Source: Longimicrobiales bacterium
GTDB taxonomy: Bacteria; Gemmatimonadota; Gemmatimonadetes; Longimicrobiales; Gaopeijiaceae
NCBI GenBank assembly: GCA_965219445.1
Contig: CBDCNQ010000005.1
Coordinates: 192,001-256,000, forward strand
Reading direction: 5' to 3'
DNA length: 64,000 bases
In this document: piece by piece, positions 41,682-50,732 of the stretch
How positions within the stretch are numbered: position 1 is the first letter of the stretch
Layout: every line of letters begins with the position of its first letter
Translations under genes and position numbers: made by a program
The notes under the pieces: generated by a model
Databases searched by the model: none
Told to the model about the DNA's origin: nothing
What the model saw: only the letters and a program-made list of their open reading frames with translations

Positions 41682-42581
41682 TCAGAGTTCGACGGCGGCC
41701 GGGTTGCGGTCGGCTGGTCCGCGCAGCCAGGAGCCGCCGTCGCCGCCCAGGCCGAGCTTGCCGAGGAGTTTCCCGGCGGCCGGCCCGTTGGCGTGGAGCG
41801 CGAACCCGGCGGCGGCCTTGGCCCGGACGGCCCCTTCGCGGTAGTTGCCGGAGACGGCCTCGATGTTGACGCGTCCGGTCCGGCCTTCGGCGTCCGTGTA
41901 CTCGATCTGCGCGTCCGGGTGGAGCACGCGGCCCTCGTCGTCGAGGGGGAGGCCGAGCTCTTGGGCGATCCTGTGCCGTTCGGCATCGGCGGCCCGCTTG
42001 CCGTCCTTGAGCCGGGCGGCCTCGCTCGCTCGCGCGACGGCGCTCTTGAGTTCGGCGTCGAGCCGGACGCGCTTGACGGTGGCTCCCTGTTCCACGAGGC
42101 GCTGCCGTTCCTTCCAGCAGGCGCGGTAGACGGCGGTGTCGTGCGCGGCGTCGGCGGGCCTGGTGCGTGCGATCCGGATCTGCTGTGCGGGATCCATCTC
42201 GCGTTCGGCAGCGAGTTTCCGGGCCTTGGCCACGCCCTTGCGGGTGAGGGAGAGGACCTTGAAGGGATTGCCCTTGGGTCCGGTGGCCCGGGTCTCGGTG
42301 ACGAGACCGTCGCGGATCCAGGCGTTCACGGCCCGCTTGGTGGTGTGGGGATGGCCGCCGAAGCGGGCCTCGGCGAGGTCGCGGTAGGAGACGGCGCCGT
42401 AGACGCCGATATCGGCAAGTCCGCGGGCGCACCGTTCGGGGAAGGAGATGGACCCGCCGTCCCGGCTCGCGGCGTATTCTCGACGATGGCCGTTCCGCAT
42501 GCGTTGCTTCTCGCGGCTGGGTGGCGCGGCGGAACGGGGGTCCTCCTCGACCGTGCGGTCGAACATCTCCCTGCCTCTCAT
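41682..42581 (-). CDS. wHTH + PD-(D/E)XK protein, replication-relaxation/MOBC-like candidate relaxase
   Basis: wHTH (LSLTRKG), AAHD, LHPDAQIEY...VNIEAVSGNY...AK; start uncertain (42581 or 42500). Confidence 0.6.
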   Translation of the reverse strand: MRGREMFDRTVEEDPRSAAPPSREKQRMRNGHRREYAASRDGGSISFPERCARGLADIGVYGAVSYRDLAEARFGGHPHTTKRAVNAWIRDGLVTETRATGPKGNPFKVLSLTRKGVAKARKLAAEREMDPAQQIRIARTRPADAAHDTAVYRACWKERQRLVEQGATVKRVRLDAELKSAVARASEAARLKDGKRAADAERHRIAQELGLPLDDEGRVLHPDAQIEYTDAEGRTGRVNIEAVSGNYREGAVRAKAAAGFALHANGPAAGKLLGKLGLGGDGGSWLRGPADRNPAAVEL

Positions 42582-42588
42582 CGGTTGC

Positions 42589-43617
42589 TCAGCGGCTCGG
42601 CCCGGAGCTGCGCTCGGGCACGGGGAGCGGGGGCACGGGTACTTGGGTCCGCTGGGGTCCAGGCGCGCGGGACGCGGCCACTGCCACGGGCTCGCGCACG
42701 GCCTCGCGCTCGATGTGCCGAACGAGCACGAAGTCCGAGATCTTCTGCGCGTCGGCGGCGGCGCGCCGGATCTCACGCGGGTCTTCCTCGAGCGCGGCGA
42801 TCCAGCCCTCGACGTACGCGGCGCCCCGGCTCGGATCGTGGCCGACGCCGACGCGCTCTCCGGTCATCATCGCGCTGATCTCCGCCCGGAGCTCCTCCTT
42901 CGCGTAGTCGGGCGATCCGAACCCGGTCTTGATCCCTTCGACGAGCGTCTCGCGGTTCATCCGCTCAGGGTGGCCGGTGCTGTGGCCCAGCTCGTGGAGC
43001 GCGGTCTGGTAGTAGTGGTTGGCGGAGGGGAACTGTCCGCGATCGGGCAGCACGACCTCGTCGCGGTTCAGGTGGTAGAAGGCGCGGTCGCCCGCGACGT
43101 GGCGTATCGGCACCCCGCCGTCCTCGAGCACCCGTTCGGCCTCCTGGTGGGTCTTCCAGAGCGGCTCGGGCGTCGGGGTGGACCGTGCGGGCAGCCCGTC
43201 GGCCTGCTCGGCGTTGAACACGGTGTACTGGCGGACGAAGGGCGCCTTGAGCCGCTCGTAGCGGTAGACGCGCTTGCCCTCGCCGTCCCTCCTGGGCCGT
43301 CCGCGCTCGTCGGTGACTTGGGTCCGCTTCTTGTCCTGGAAGGAGAGGATGCGGGTGCCGGTCTCGCCCTTCCTGACCTGTCCGCCCCGGGCCTGGATCT
43401 GGCGGTAGGTGCCCCAGCGCACGTCGCCGTAGCCGCGCTCCTGCTGGACGGCGGCGAGGTGCAGGCTGTTGCCGCCGCGATAGGAGCGGTCGGTGTCCAC
43501 GTTCGCGGGGAGCACGCGCTCGCCCGGCGCCCACGGCTTCTGCCACGGCGCGGTGCCCTGCTTGATCTGCTCGATGACCCGGTCGGCGAACTTGCGGTGA
43601 TACTCGTCGTGCTTCAT
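42589..43617 (-). CDS. ardC: ArdC-like ssDNA-binding antirestriction protein with zincin domain
   Basis: APWQKPW, YRGGN, WGTYRQ, VRKGE, VFNAEQ, LHELGHSTGH, YAKEELRAE. Confidence 0.9.
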   Translation of the reverse strand: MKHDEYHRKFADRVIEQIKQGTAPWQKPWAPGERVLPANVDTDRSYRGGNSLHLAAVQQERGYGDVRWGTYRQIQARGGQVRKGETGTRILSFQDKKRTQVTDERGRPRRDGEGKRVYRYERLKAPFVRQYTVFNAEQADGLPARSTPTPEPLWKTHQEAERVLEDGGVPIRHVAGDRAFYHLNRDEVVLPDRGQFPSANHYYQTALHELGHSTGHPERMNRETLVEGIKTGFGSPDYAKEELRAEISAMMTGERVGVGHDPSRGAAYVEGWIAALEEDPREIRRAAADAQKISDFVLVRHIEREAVREPVAVAASRAPGPQRTQVPVPPLPVPERSSGPSR

Positions 43618-43811
43618 CGGTCGTCCTCCTCCCAGTACGGATCGGCGCCGGCGTCCAGGATGTCTTCCTCGCTCCCGACCTCCTCGGGGAAAAGGCCGTA
43701 CTGCTCGGCCAGGTAGGCCGGGACCTCGAGCGTCTCGCCTCCGTCGCGCGCGAGTTCCCGGTCGAAGTCTTCGAACGTCTCGACGCGGATGGTCGTCTCA
43801 CCGTTCGTCAT
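43614..43811 (-). CDS. Small, very acidic hypothetical protein
   Basis: 65 aa with 21 D/E, 4 R and 0 K; ATGA overlaps at both ends; GGAGG RBS. Confidence 0.7.
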   Translation of the reverse strand: MTNGETTIRVETFEDFDRELARDGGETLEVPAYLAEQYGLFPEEVGSEEDILDAGADPYWEEDDR

Positions 43812-44815
43812 GGGTTCACCTCCTTGGGTTGGTGGGTGCTGCTTTGGGGGGGTTCCTCGACCCCGCTCGATATCGGTTCGGTGACCCAGTGGCCGGTGGC
43901 CGCGTCGTAGCCCTGGACCTGGATGGCCTCCTCGACGAACCGTCTGCCTCGTTGCCGGGTGATGTGGAGCACGAGCGCGATGCCGTCGACGACGCCCCGG
44001 CAGGTGACCTCCCAGGGGAGCGCCCCTTCGCCCTGCATGGCGCAGCTGGCCAGGCGCGAGAGAGCGGAGCGGGCGTTGTTCGCGTGCACGGTGGTGAGCG
44101 AGCCGCCGTGGCCGGTGTTGAGCGCCTGGAGGAGATCGGCGGCCTCGGCGCCCCTGACCTCGCCGACGACGATGTGGTCGGGCCGGTGCCGGAGCGCGTG
44201 GCGCACCAGGTCACGGATCGATACCGGCGTCTCGGTGCCGACCGCACCGGCCTCGAAGCGGAGGCAGTTCGCGCGGTCGATCCTGAGCTCGAGCGTGTCC
44301 TCGATCGCGACGATCCGCTCGTCCTCGGGGAGCAGTTCGATCAGCGCGTTCAGCAGAGTGGTCTTCCCCGAGCCGGTCCCCCCGGAGACGAGGATGTTCC
44401 TGCGGGCGCGGAGCACCCTCTTGGCTTCGCGCAAGACCGCCTCCGGCAGCGAACCCAGGCGCACGAGATCTTCGGGCGAGAACGCCCGCCCCCCGAACCG
44501 ACGTATGGTGATGGCCACCTCGGCAGCTGCGGGCGGGGTGCAGATGGCGACCCGCGACCCGTCGCCGAGCCGGGCGTCGAGGATGGGCCGCGCGGCGGGA
44601 TCGAGCCCGAGCGGCCGGGCGATGTGGATCGCGGCGCGGTGGAGCCAGGCGGCGGTGAGTCCGGGCGCGTCGTGGGGCTCGAGCTTCCCCGCCCGCTCGA
44701 CCCAGACGTTGCCGGGTCCGTTGATCATGATCTCGGAGACCTCCGCGTCCTCGAGCAGGGTCTCCAGGCCCGGAAGGAACGGAGTGAGGTGGCCGACGCC
44801 GCTCGCGCGCTTCAT
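43808..44815 (-). CDS. virB11: VirB11/TrbB/CpaF-family secretion ATPase
   Basis: EIMING, SGGTGSGKTT, IEDTLEL, LRHRPDHIVVGEVRG, NTGHGG..TTVHAN. Confidence 0.92.
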   Translation of the reverse strand: MKRASGVGHLTPFLPGLETLLEDAEVSEIMINGPGNVWVERAGKLEPHDAPGLTAAWLHRAAIHIARPLGLDPAARPILDARLGDGSRVAICTPPAAAEVAITIRRFGGRAFSPEDLVRLGSLPEAVLREAKRVLRARRNILVSGGTGSGKTTLLNALIELLPEDERIVAIEDTLELRIDRANCLRFEAGAVGTETPVSIRDLVRHALRHRPDHIVVGEVRGAEAADLLQALNTGHGGSLTTVHANNARSALSRLASCAMQGEGALPWEVTCRGVVDGIALVLHITRQRGRRFVEEAIQVQGYDAATGHWVTEPISSGVEEPPQSSTHQPKEVNP

Positions 44816-46857
44816 ATCCGGCCCTCCTCGCGGAGCCGCCAGTAGCCGGTCTCCCTCGGCAGGTAGTGCGGCTTGAGGTAGACGCGCCGCGCGGGGAGCG
44901 ACACGACCCCGTCATACGGCAGGCAGATCGCCTGGTAGTTCGCGAGCAGCGAGAACTCGCGCGGCGTGAACACCGGCTCGCGGGCCTGCCTGAACGACTT
45001 GCTCGCGCCGATCGTGCCGCGTCCGCCTCCGGCGCGCCCGGAGAGGAGCGAGAACTCGGGCCTGCCCGTGTTCTCGGTGAACGTGTAGGAGGGCTGCGTC
45101 TTCATGACGGTGCCGCACATCTCGGACGCGACCCGCGCCGACGCCTCGTCGGACAGCGAGAGGAAGATCCGGGTGCGGAGCGTCTGGACGAGCGTGCGCC
45201 AGGCCTCGCCCGAGGGCAGCACGGAGCGGAGCGAGGAGATCGACTGCGTGGCGACGATCGGGATGCAGCGGCACTGGCGCGTGAGCGCGAACGCCTTCTC
45301 GTCGCCCGAAGGGTCGTCCTGCCCGACGGTGGCGAACGCCTGGTATTCGTCGCAGATGAACACGGCGGGCCGGAGGTAGCGGTCGGGACGCCGGGCGGCC
45401 TCGGCGGGCCGTCGGAGCAGCGCCTGCATCCAGGCGTTCTTGAGGAGCACGCCGATCGCGCGGGCGAGCGCGGGGTTAGCGCCCGCGGGCATGTTGAGCG
45501 CGAGGACCCGTCCGTTTTCGATCAGATCGGCGAGCGGCGGCAGCCGGCGGCGGAGTCCGGGCAGGGCGTGGGCGGGCGCGTGACCGTCGGCTTTCTCCCC
45601 CGCGCCCGCGTCTCTCTCACTTCCGGTGCAAGGAGTGGTGGGCGGCGGAGGGCAGAACACGCCGGCGACCTCGGGCTGGTCGAAGAGCGACAGGAAGACG
45701 CTGATGCCCTCGACGATCGAGGTGCGGAGCTTGGCGTCGAGCACCGTCCAGTCGTGCAGGTACCACCGCTCGATGGCCTCGACCTGCTGCCTGAACTCGC
45801 CGCCCGCGCCTCCCCCGGCCGCTTCCACCTCGCATGCGACTTCGTGCTTCGCGAGCTGCGCCCGAAGCTCCGCGTCCATCCGGCAGCGCACCTGTTCAGT
45901 GCCGGGCACCGGTGCCCAGTCCCACTTCTTGAGCGCCTCCGCATGGGCGATCATGTCGTCGCTGGAGATGACGGCGTCCACCGGAGAGATCCGGTCGGCC
46001 ATCTCGCGGGCCTCGCCGATCTTCCCCGCGAACAACTCCGCGTCCACGGTGCAGCGGTAGATGTCCCGGAGCGTGACCCAGCCCCCCGGCAGGAGCCGGT
46101 GCAACTCGACAATCCAGCGCACGAGGTTCGTGTACGCCTGCTGCCAGAACGGTTCTCGGCTCTTGCCGAAGAGCTGGTTGATGAGGGACGCCACGCCGTA
46201 GGCCAGCGAGTAGGAGTCGAGCAGCGGATCGTCGAGCGGGTTCCACTGCCAGGAGCCGTCGAGCCCGATTTCGAGGTAGTCCTCGCCGCGCCCGGCGTCC
46301 TCGAGGATGCCGCGGACCTGGTGGCAGAAATCCCCCTTTACCTCGAGCACGAGCGCGCCCGCCCTGCGGCCGGGATCGTCGGCCCGCCAGGAGAGGAGCT
46401 GCTGCGCGAACGGATACATGCAGGCGGTGGTCTTGCCGGTGCCGACGGCCCCCACGATGAGGATGCCGGTGTAGAGCCCCTTCTCGGGGACGACGAGCCA
46501 GGAGGGCCGCTCGCTCTCGCGCGCCACGGTCGGATGGTGGAGTTCGCCGATCACGAGCGAGGGCGCCTCGTCGGTGGCCGAGGTGGGCCAGGCGGGGAGC
46601 TTCCCGCGGGCGCCGCGCCGGGTACGCGGCTCGAGCCAGACCCTCGAGACCGAGAGGCAGACGCTGCCGGCGAGCAGCAAGGCGACGGCCGGCACCGCGT
46701 AGTACCAGACGCGGATCACCGTGTGCAGGCCCGGATCGTGGTAGGCGATGAGGTCCAGCGCGGGGTTCCCGCCGATGCCCGGGAACGGCGCAAGGAACGC
46801 GCGGACCGTGGCCGCCGTCAGGGCCACCCCGATGATGACCAGCGTCCAGGGCCTCAT
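44812..46857 (-). CDS. Type IV coupling protein (VirD4/TraD-like)
   Basis: N-terminal TMs, GAVGTGKT, LEVKGD, WNPL, FICDEYQ, VATQSISSL; start re-called at ATG 46857. Confidence 0.85.
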   Translation of the reverse strand: MRPWTLVIIGVALTAATVRAFLAPFPGIGGNPALDLIAYHDPGLHTVIRVWYYAVPAVALLLAGSVCLSVSRVWLEPRTRRGARGKLPAWPTSATDEAPSLVIGELHHPTVARESERPSWLVVPEKGLYTGILIVGAVGTGKTTACMYPFAQQLLSWRADDPGRRAGALVLEVKGDFCHQVRGILEDAGRGEDYLEIGLDGSWQWNPLDDPLLDSYSLAYGVASLINQLFGKSREPFWQQAYTNLVRWIVELHRLLPGGWVTLRDIYRCTVDAELFAGKIGEAREMADRISPVDAVISSDDMIAHAEALKKWDWAPVPGTEQVRCRMDAELRAQLAKHEVACEVEAAGGGAGGEFRQQVEAIERWYLHDWTVLDAKLRTSIVEGISVFLSLFDQPEVAGVFCPPPPTTPCTGSERDAGAGEKADGHAPAHALPGLRRRLPPLADLIENGRVLALNMPAGANPALARAIGVLLKNAWMQALLRRPAEAARRPDRYLRPAVFICDEYQAFATVGQDDPSGDEKAFALTRQCRCIPIVATQSISSLRSVLPSGEAWRTLVQTLRTRIFLSLSDEASARVASEMCGTVMKTQPSYTFTENTGRPEFSLLSGRAGGGRGTIGASKSFRQAREPVFTPREFSLLANYQAICLPYDGVVSLPARRVYLKPHYLPRETGYWRLREEGRI

Positions 46858-46859
46858 CG

Positions 46860-47160
46860 GTCCGACACCCTTCCCGGAGGGACTGCTGGCTGGGAGCGAC
46901 CCCGCAGCGGAGGGGAGGATGGGGATGCCCATCGCCATCCTCCCCGATGCCGATCGAGGCATGCCGAGATGGGGGGTCGCTCCCAGCCACGGCCAAGGAA
47001 CGCGGATCGGCAACGCCGCCCCGCTGGCCGTGGCACAACCGCCGGAGCGCCAGCGACCTGGACGGCCGATGCCGTGTCCGTCCGACCGGCGATTTCGTGT
47101 CCGGTCACCCGCGAAGTGAACCGGACACGCACGGATCGGCATCGGCGCCCGCGGGCGGCG
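46860..47160 (-). repeat. Structured element, copy B, in native ICE context between the wHTH gene and the coupling protein
   Basis: GGGAGCGACCCC...GGGGTCGCTCCC stem (46892-46984); ATGCCTCGATCGGCAT hairpin shared with copies A and C; other stems differ in sequence but still pair. Confidence 0.8.
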
Positions 47161-47161
47161 C

Positions 47162-48097
47162 TCAAAACAGGCCCCCGGAAAGCCGGGGGGAACGCCAGAC
47201 CGTGAAGCCGTCGATCATCGCTTCCGAGGGCGCGGTCGGGAGCGCGGCCCTGAGTTCGACGATCCGCGCCAGGCAGCCCTGGAGACTGCCGTACGCTTGG
47301 ATCACGCTCTCGTCCATGCCGCGGATGGCCTGCTCGATCCGGTCGATTTCGCGGCGGATCCGACGGCCGGTCGCGGATGCTTTGGACCGGCCGGGGGACC
47401 GGGCCGGCGCGGTCCAGTTGCCGAGGACCTTCTCCGCCCGCTCGAACTCCCTGCCGCCCAGGACGACCGCGACGGACTCTACCGGTCGGCCCCGCTCCCG
47501 GAGCGCGCCCCAGAGTTCCCGGTGGGCGCGGCCCCAGGAGCGGAGGCCCGCGGCGGTCTCGTGGCCCGGATCGGCGTAGACGAACACCGCGCCCTGGCCA
47601 TCAAGCGCGACGGGCAGCTTGAGCGGGAAGTAGCGCCGCGTCTCGCCTGCGGCGCCCCGGTACACCCGGACGGGCAGGATGCTGCGCTCGATGCCGAGCG
47701 CCTCGAACGCGCCGACCTTCTCCGGTTCGGTGGGCAGCCACGGCAGGCCGGTGTGCCCGATCACGTAGTCGAGCGAGAGCAGGCGGCGAACGAGCACCTC
47801 GGCCGACGCGATCCGGCGGTGGCGGATATCCTCGGCTCCGAGCGCCCGATAGACTGCGCGCGCGGAGATCCGGCAGACCCTCCGGCCCGCAAGCCTGTCC
47901 ATGGCCGCCAGCCTCTGGTCCAAAATGTCCCGGATGAACCGGCGCGCGGTGCGGCGGTGGATCCCGAGCCAGTCGGAGATCTGGTCTCGGGTGAACACGC
48001 CGCTGTGGAGACAGACCAGGGCGACCCACTCCGCCTGGCGTCCCGTCCAACCGAACGGCTCGAGCGCCCTCTCTCGCCCGGCGAGATGCGCGATCAT
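47162..48097 (-). CDS. Conserved ICE hypothetical protein with N-terminal wHTH (possible replication/relaxation protein)
   Basis: LVCLHSGVFTRDQ, YRALG...RHRR, RLLSLDYV, WLPTEPEK, YFPLKLPV, FVYAD; start re-called at ATG 48097; homologous remnants at 25670-26185, ~32540-32635 and ~56520-56552. Confidence 0.7.
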   Translation of the reverse strand: MIAHLAGRERALEPFGWTGRQAEWVALVCLHSGVFTRDQISDWLGIHRRTARRFIRDILDQRLAAMDRLAGRRVCRISARAVYRALGAEDIRHRRIASAEVLVRRLLSLDYVIGHTGLPWLPTEPEKVGAFEALGIERSILPVRVYRGAAGETRRYFPLKLPVALDGQGAVFVYADPGHETAAGLRSWGRAHRELWGALRERGRPVESVAVVLGGREFERAEKVLGNWTAPARSPGRSKASATGRRIRREIDRIEQAIRGMDESVIQAYGSLQGCLARIVELRAALPTAPSEAMIDGFTVWRSPRLSGGLF

Positions 48098-48762
48098 CGC
48101 GGGGCTTCCGTGACCAGGGCACGGTCGGCCTGGAGGTAGGTGATCAGGATGCCCATCGGGTTGTAGACGACGAGCTCGGAGGGGATGACGGTGAGGAAGG
48201 TGAACCGGAGCGTGAGCGACCAGCGCTCGCGCCGGGTCTCCTGCCCCTGCCTGAGGTGGACCAGATCGAAATCGGCGGTCGCGCCGTGCGGCGCCTCCGG
48301 TGCGGGGTGGATGCGGAGCACGACCTGCTCGACCTGGTGCTCGGTGTCGGAGGTGCCGGCCGCCATGGCGGCGACCTCGGCGCCGTCGCGCGTGAACGCG
48401 GCGTTCGCCAGCTCGGTCGAGAGGAACCGGAGGCTCCGCGTCCAGTGCTCCTCGACCGTCGCCTGGCGCCTGGAGTAGAAGTCGGAGATGAACCGGTTGA
48501 GGAAGTACTTGGTCGTGGGATCGAGCGGATCCGCCTGCGCCGTTGCGGCCTCGTAGGCCACGGCCTCGGCGCGGCCGACCTCGTCGACCCGTACGACGAT
48601 CGGGCGGGGCGGCTCGACGGTCGCGATGCGGAGCAGGAGCACGCCGAGCGTGAGGCATGTGGCGGCAAGGATCATCGCCAGCGTCCGGAGCTTCCGGTTC
48701 GCCTCGACGGTCTCGCCCCAGATCTCCGCGTACTCGCGGCCGGCATCGTGTTCTCGGTTCAT
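48094..48762 (-). CDS. virB8: VirB8/TrbF-family protein
   Basis: One TM, PIVVRVDEVG, YFLNRFI, NPMGILIT; start re-called at ATG 48762. Confidence 0.8.
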   Translation of the reverse strand: MNREHDAGREYAEIWGETVEANRKLRTLAMILAATCLTLGVLLLRIATVEPPRPIVVRVDEVGRAEAVAYEAATAQADPLDPTTKYFLNRFISDFYSRRQATVEEHWTRSLRFLSTELANAAFTRDGAEVAAMAAGTSDTEHQVEQVVLRIHPAPEAPHGATADFDLVHLRQGQETRRERWSLTLRFTFLTVIPSELVVYNPMGILITYLQADRALVTEAPR

Positions 48763-48773
48763 GGACGTCTCCT

Positions 48774-49784
48774 TCAGCCTCCGGGGATTGGGGGGCGGGC
48801 CGGATTCGCGGCAGCGCTGAGGCGCCCGCCTCCGCGCACCACGAGCGCCATGAATCCCGACCCGACGGATCCGGACCCGGAGACGAGCATCGCGGCGAGT
48901 TCGCCCACCTTCATGCCGGCCATCAGGCCGGAGACGACGAGCGGGAGGAGGACGACTACCCACAGCCCTAGCTCGGCCGGGTCGGAGGAGCCAGTGCCCA
49001 TCAAGGTGCCGGTATAGGTCGTGACGTAGCCCATGCCCACGCCCATGAAGACCCTCAGGATGGCTCCTGCCACGACGCCGTAGAGCGTGTAGACCATGAG
49101 CGTGCGGAACCATCCCCAGAACAGGAACGCGAGCGGCTCGAACAGCAGCCAGGGGATGAACACGGGGCCGAGCAGGATCACGATCGCGAGCGCCACCTGC
49201 GCCCAGATCACCTGCGCGTAGGTCAGGCAGAAGAGCGCGACGAGGCCGAGCACGAGCGGCACGCCCATCATCAGCGCGACGAGGGACGAGAAGAACACGC
49301 TCACGCCCTCGGTCATGAGGGTCATCAGGCTCCCGCCGGACCATGCCGCGCCGAGCCGTGCGGCGAACGCCTGCACGAGCACGGTCATCTCCGTGTAGCC
49401 GACGGACACGACATCGGAGATGAACAGGTTCTGGAGCCAGATCCCTCCGGCCGCGACCATGGCCGGAAACGTGAAGCCCACGCCCGGGATCGGGACGCTG
49501 TAGTAATGGAGCAGCGTCCGGGGGATCGCGATCCCGAGCACGACACGCACGAGCGCCCACGGTTCTAGCGTGCCGCTGTACGCGATCTTGAGCCCACTCC
49601 ACGCGACGACGATCGCCGCGAGACCGCCCCAGAGCTGGTGGCCGAGCGTCAGCACGTCGGGCGCGGCGCCGCCGACCACCGTATCGAGCACGACATCCAG
49701 GAACCCCTTGAAGTCCTGGAGCTGATCGGCGGGGATTTGGGCCGGGACGTTCGGATCGATCGACTGCGGTGGCAGGAGTTGCAT
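48774..49784 (-). CDS. virB6: VirB6/TrbL-family inner-membrane protein
   Basis: Polytopic; LLGPVFIPWLLF...LFWGW motif; position in the cluster. Confidence 0.8.
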   Translation of the reverse strand: MQLLPPQSIDPNVPAQIPADQLQDFKGFLDVVLDTVVGGAAPDVLTLGHQLWGGLAAIVVAWSGLKIAYSGTLEPWALVRVVLGIAIPRTLLHYYSVPIPGVGFTFPAMVAAGGIWLQNLFISDVVSVGYTEMTVLVQAFAARLGAAWSGGSLMTLMTEGVSVFFSSLVALMMGVPLVLGLVALFCLTYAQVIWAQVALAIVILLGPVFIPWLLFEPLAFLFWGWFRTLMVYTLYGVVAGAILRVFMGVGMGYVTTYTGTLMGTGSSDPAELGLWVVVLLPLVVSGLMAGMKVGELAAMLVSGSGSVGSGFMALVVRGGGRLSAAANPARPPIPGG

Positions 49785-49802
49785 GACAGTCGCTCCCCGC
49801 GC

Positions 49803-50732
49803 CTAAACTTGGCCGCCCATGTAGAACGACGGGACCTTGAACAGGAGCCCTTCCCGGAGCCGGTCGCGGTTCTGGAACGCGGCCGTGCGCATCGCATCGG
49901 CCATCGCGTTCGTACGGAGGCGCGCGTCCCTCCACTCGGCGAGCCGCTCGAGCCGGCCGATCTCGGCCTGCTGCATCCGGTTCGCCTGCTCGACGGCCTG
50001 ATAGGCGAGCACCTGCGCCACGGCGGCGTTGATCCGGCCCTGGGTCAGCGCGGCAGCGACCTGCGCCTGCTGGAGTGCCGTGGCTGACAGGTTGCCGTTC
50101 GCGGTCAGGTCGTCGAACGAGTCCTGCGCGCTCTCGACGGTCGATGCGAGCGAGGCCGCGGCGTCCATCATCGCGTAGTCGAGCACGCGCTGGCGGTCGG
50201 CGGCCTCCTTGGCCTGGCGGTAGTCCTCAACCGCGCGCGACGACGCCTCGGCCGGGCGGTTACGGAACAGCTCGAGGATGTCCGCCTCGCTCACCTGGTC
50301 GGCCACACCTTGGGCGCTCCGCCAGACGTCGGTGAACGAGTCGCCGCTCCCCATGTCACGCACCGCGTCGACCAGCTCGCCGGCCGCTCCGCTGAAGTCG
50401 GAGCCCCAGTCGAGGCCGTCGCCGACGAGGCCGATGGATCCGGCCGCCAGCTCCGCGAACGGTTCGATCAGCGCGTCCACTTCACCCCGCGCGGCCTCCT
50501 TCATGTAGTCGAGCTGCTCCTCGAGCTCGGTAAGCTGACGGGTCATCGTCCGCATCTGGCGGATCTGGTTCGCGATCTGGGTCGCCTGGTTCACGATCAT
50601 CTGGGCTCGCTGGATCACGCCGCCGATGTCGAAGAGGGCGTTGGCCGGCCCAGCGCTCGCGAGCATCAGGACCGAGACCAAGAGGGCGGTGGTAAGGCTG
50701 CGGTGACGCATGATGAGCTCCTTTGGTGTCAT
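49803..50732 (-). CDS. VirB5/TrbJ-like protein
   Basis: Signal peptide (ANA), Q-rich coiled coil IVNQATQIANQI. Confidence 0.65.
   Translation of the reverse strand: MTPKELIMRHRSLTTALLVSVLMLASAGPANALFDIGGVIQRAQMIVNQATQIANQIRQMRTMTRQLTELEEQLDYMKEAARGEVDALIEPFAELAAGSIGLVGDGLDWGSDFSGAAGELVDAVRDMGSGDSFTDVWRSAQGVADQVSEADILELFRNRPAEASSRAVEDYRQAKEAADRQRVLDYAMMDAAASLASTVESAQDSFDDLTANGNLSATALQQAQVAAALTQGRINAAVAQVLAYQAVEQANRMQQAEIGRLERLAEWRDARLRTNAMADAMRTAAFQNRDRLREGLLFKVPSFYMGGQV

Noticed and set aside
39790..42432. 880-aa giant integrase ORF as given in the ORF track
   Set aside because: The N-terminal ~490 aa is Arg/Pro-rich out-of-frame read-through overlapping three real genes; the true start is ~40953
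39733..47205. Long plus-strand ORFs (39733-41049, 41046-42878, 43829-44845, 44866-47205)
   Set aside because: Antisense shadows of well-supported minus-strand ICE genes in high-GC DNA; no motifs of their own
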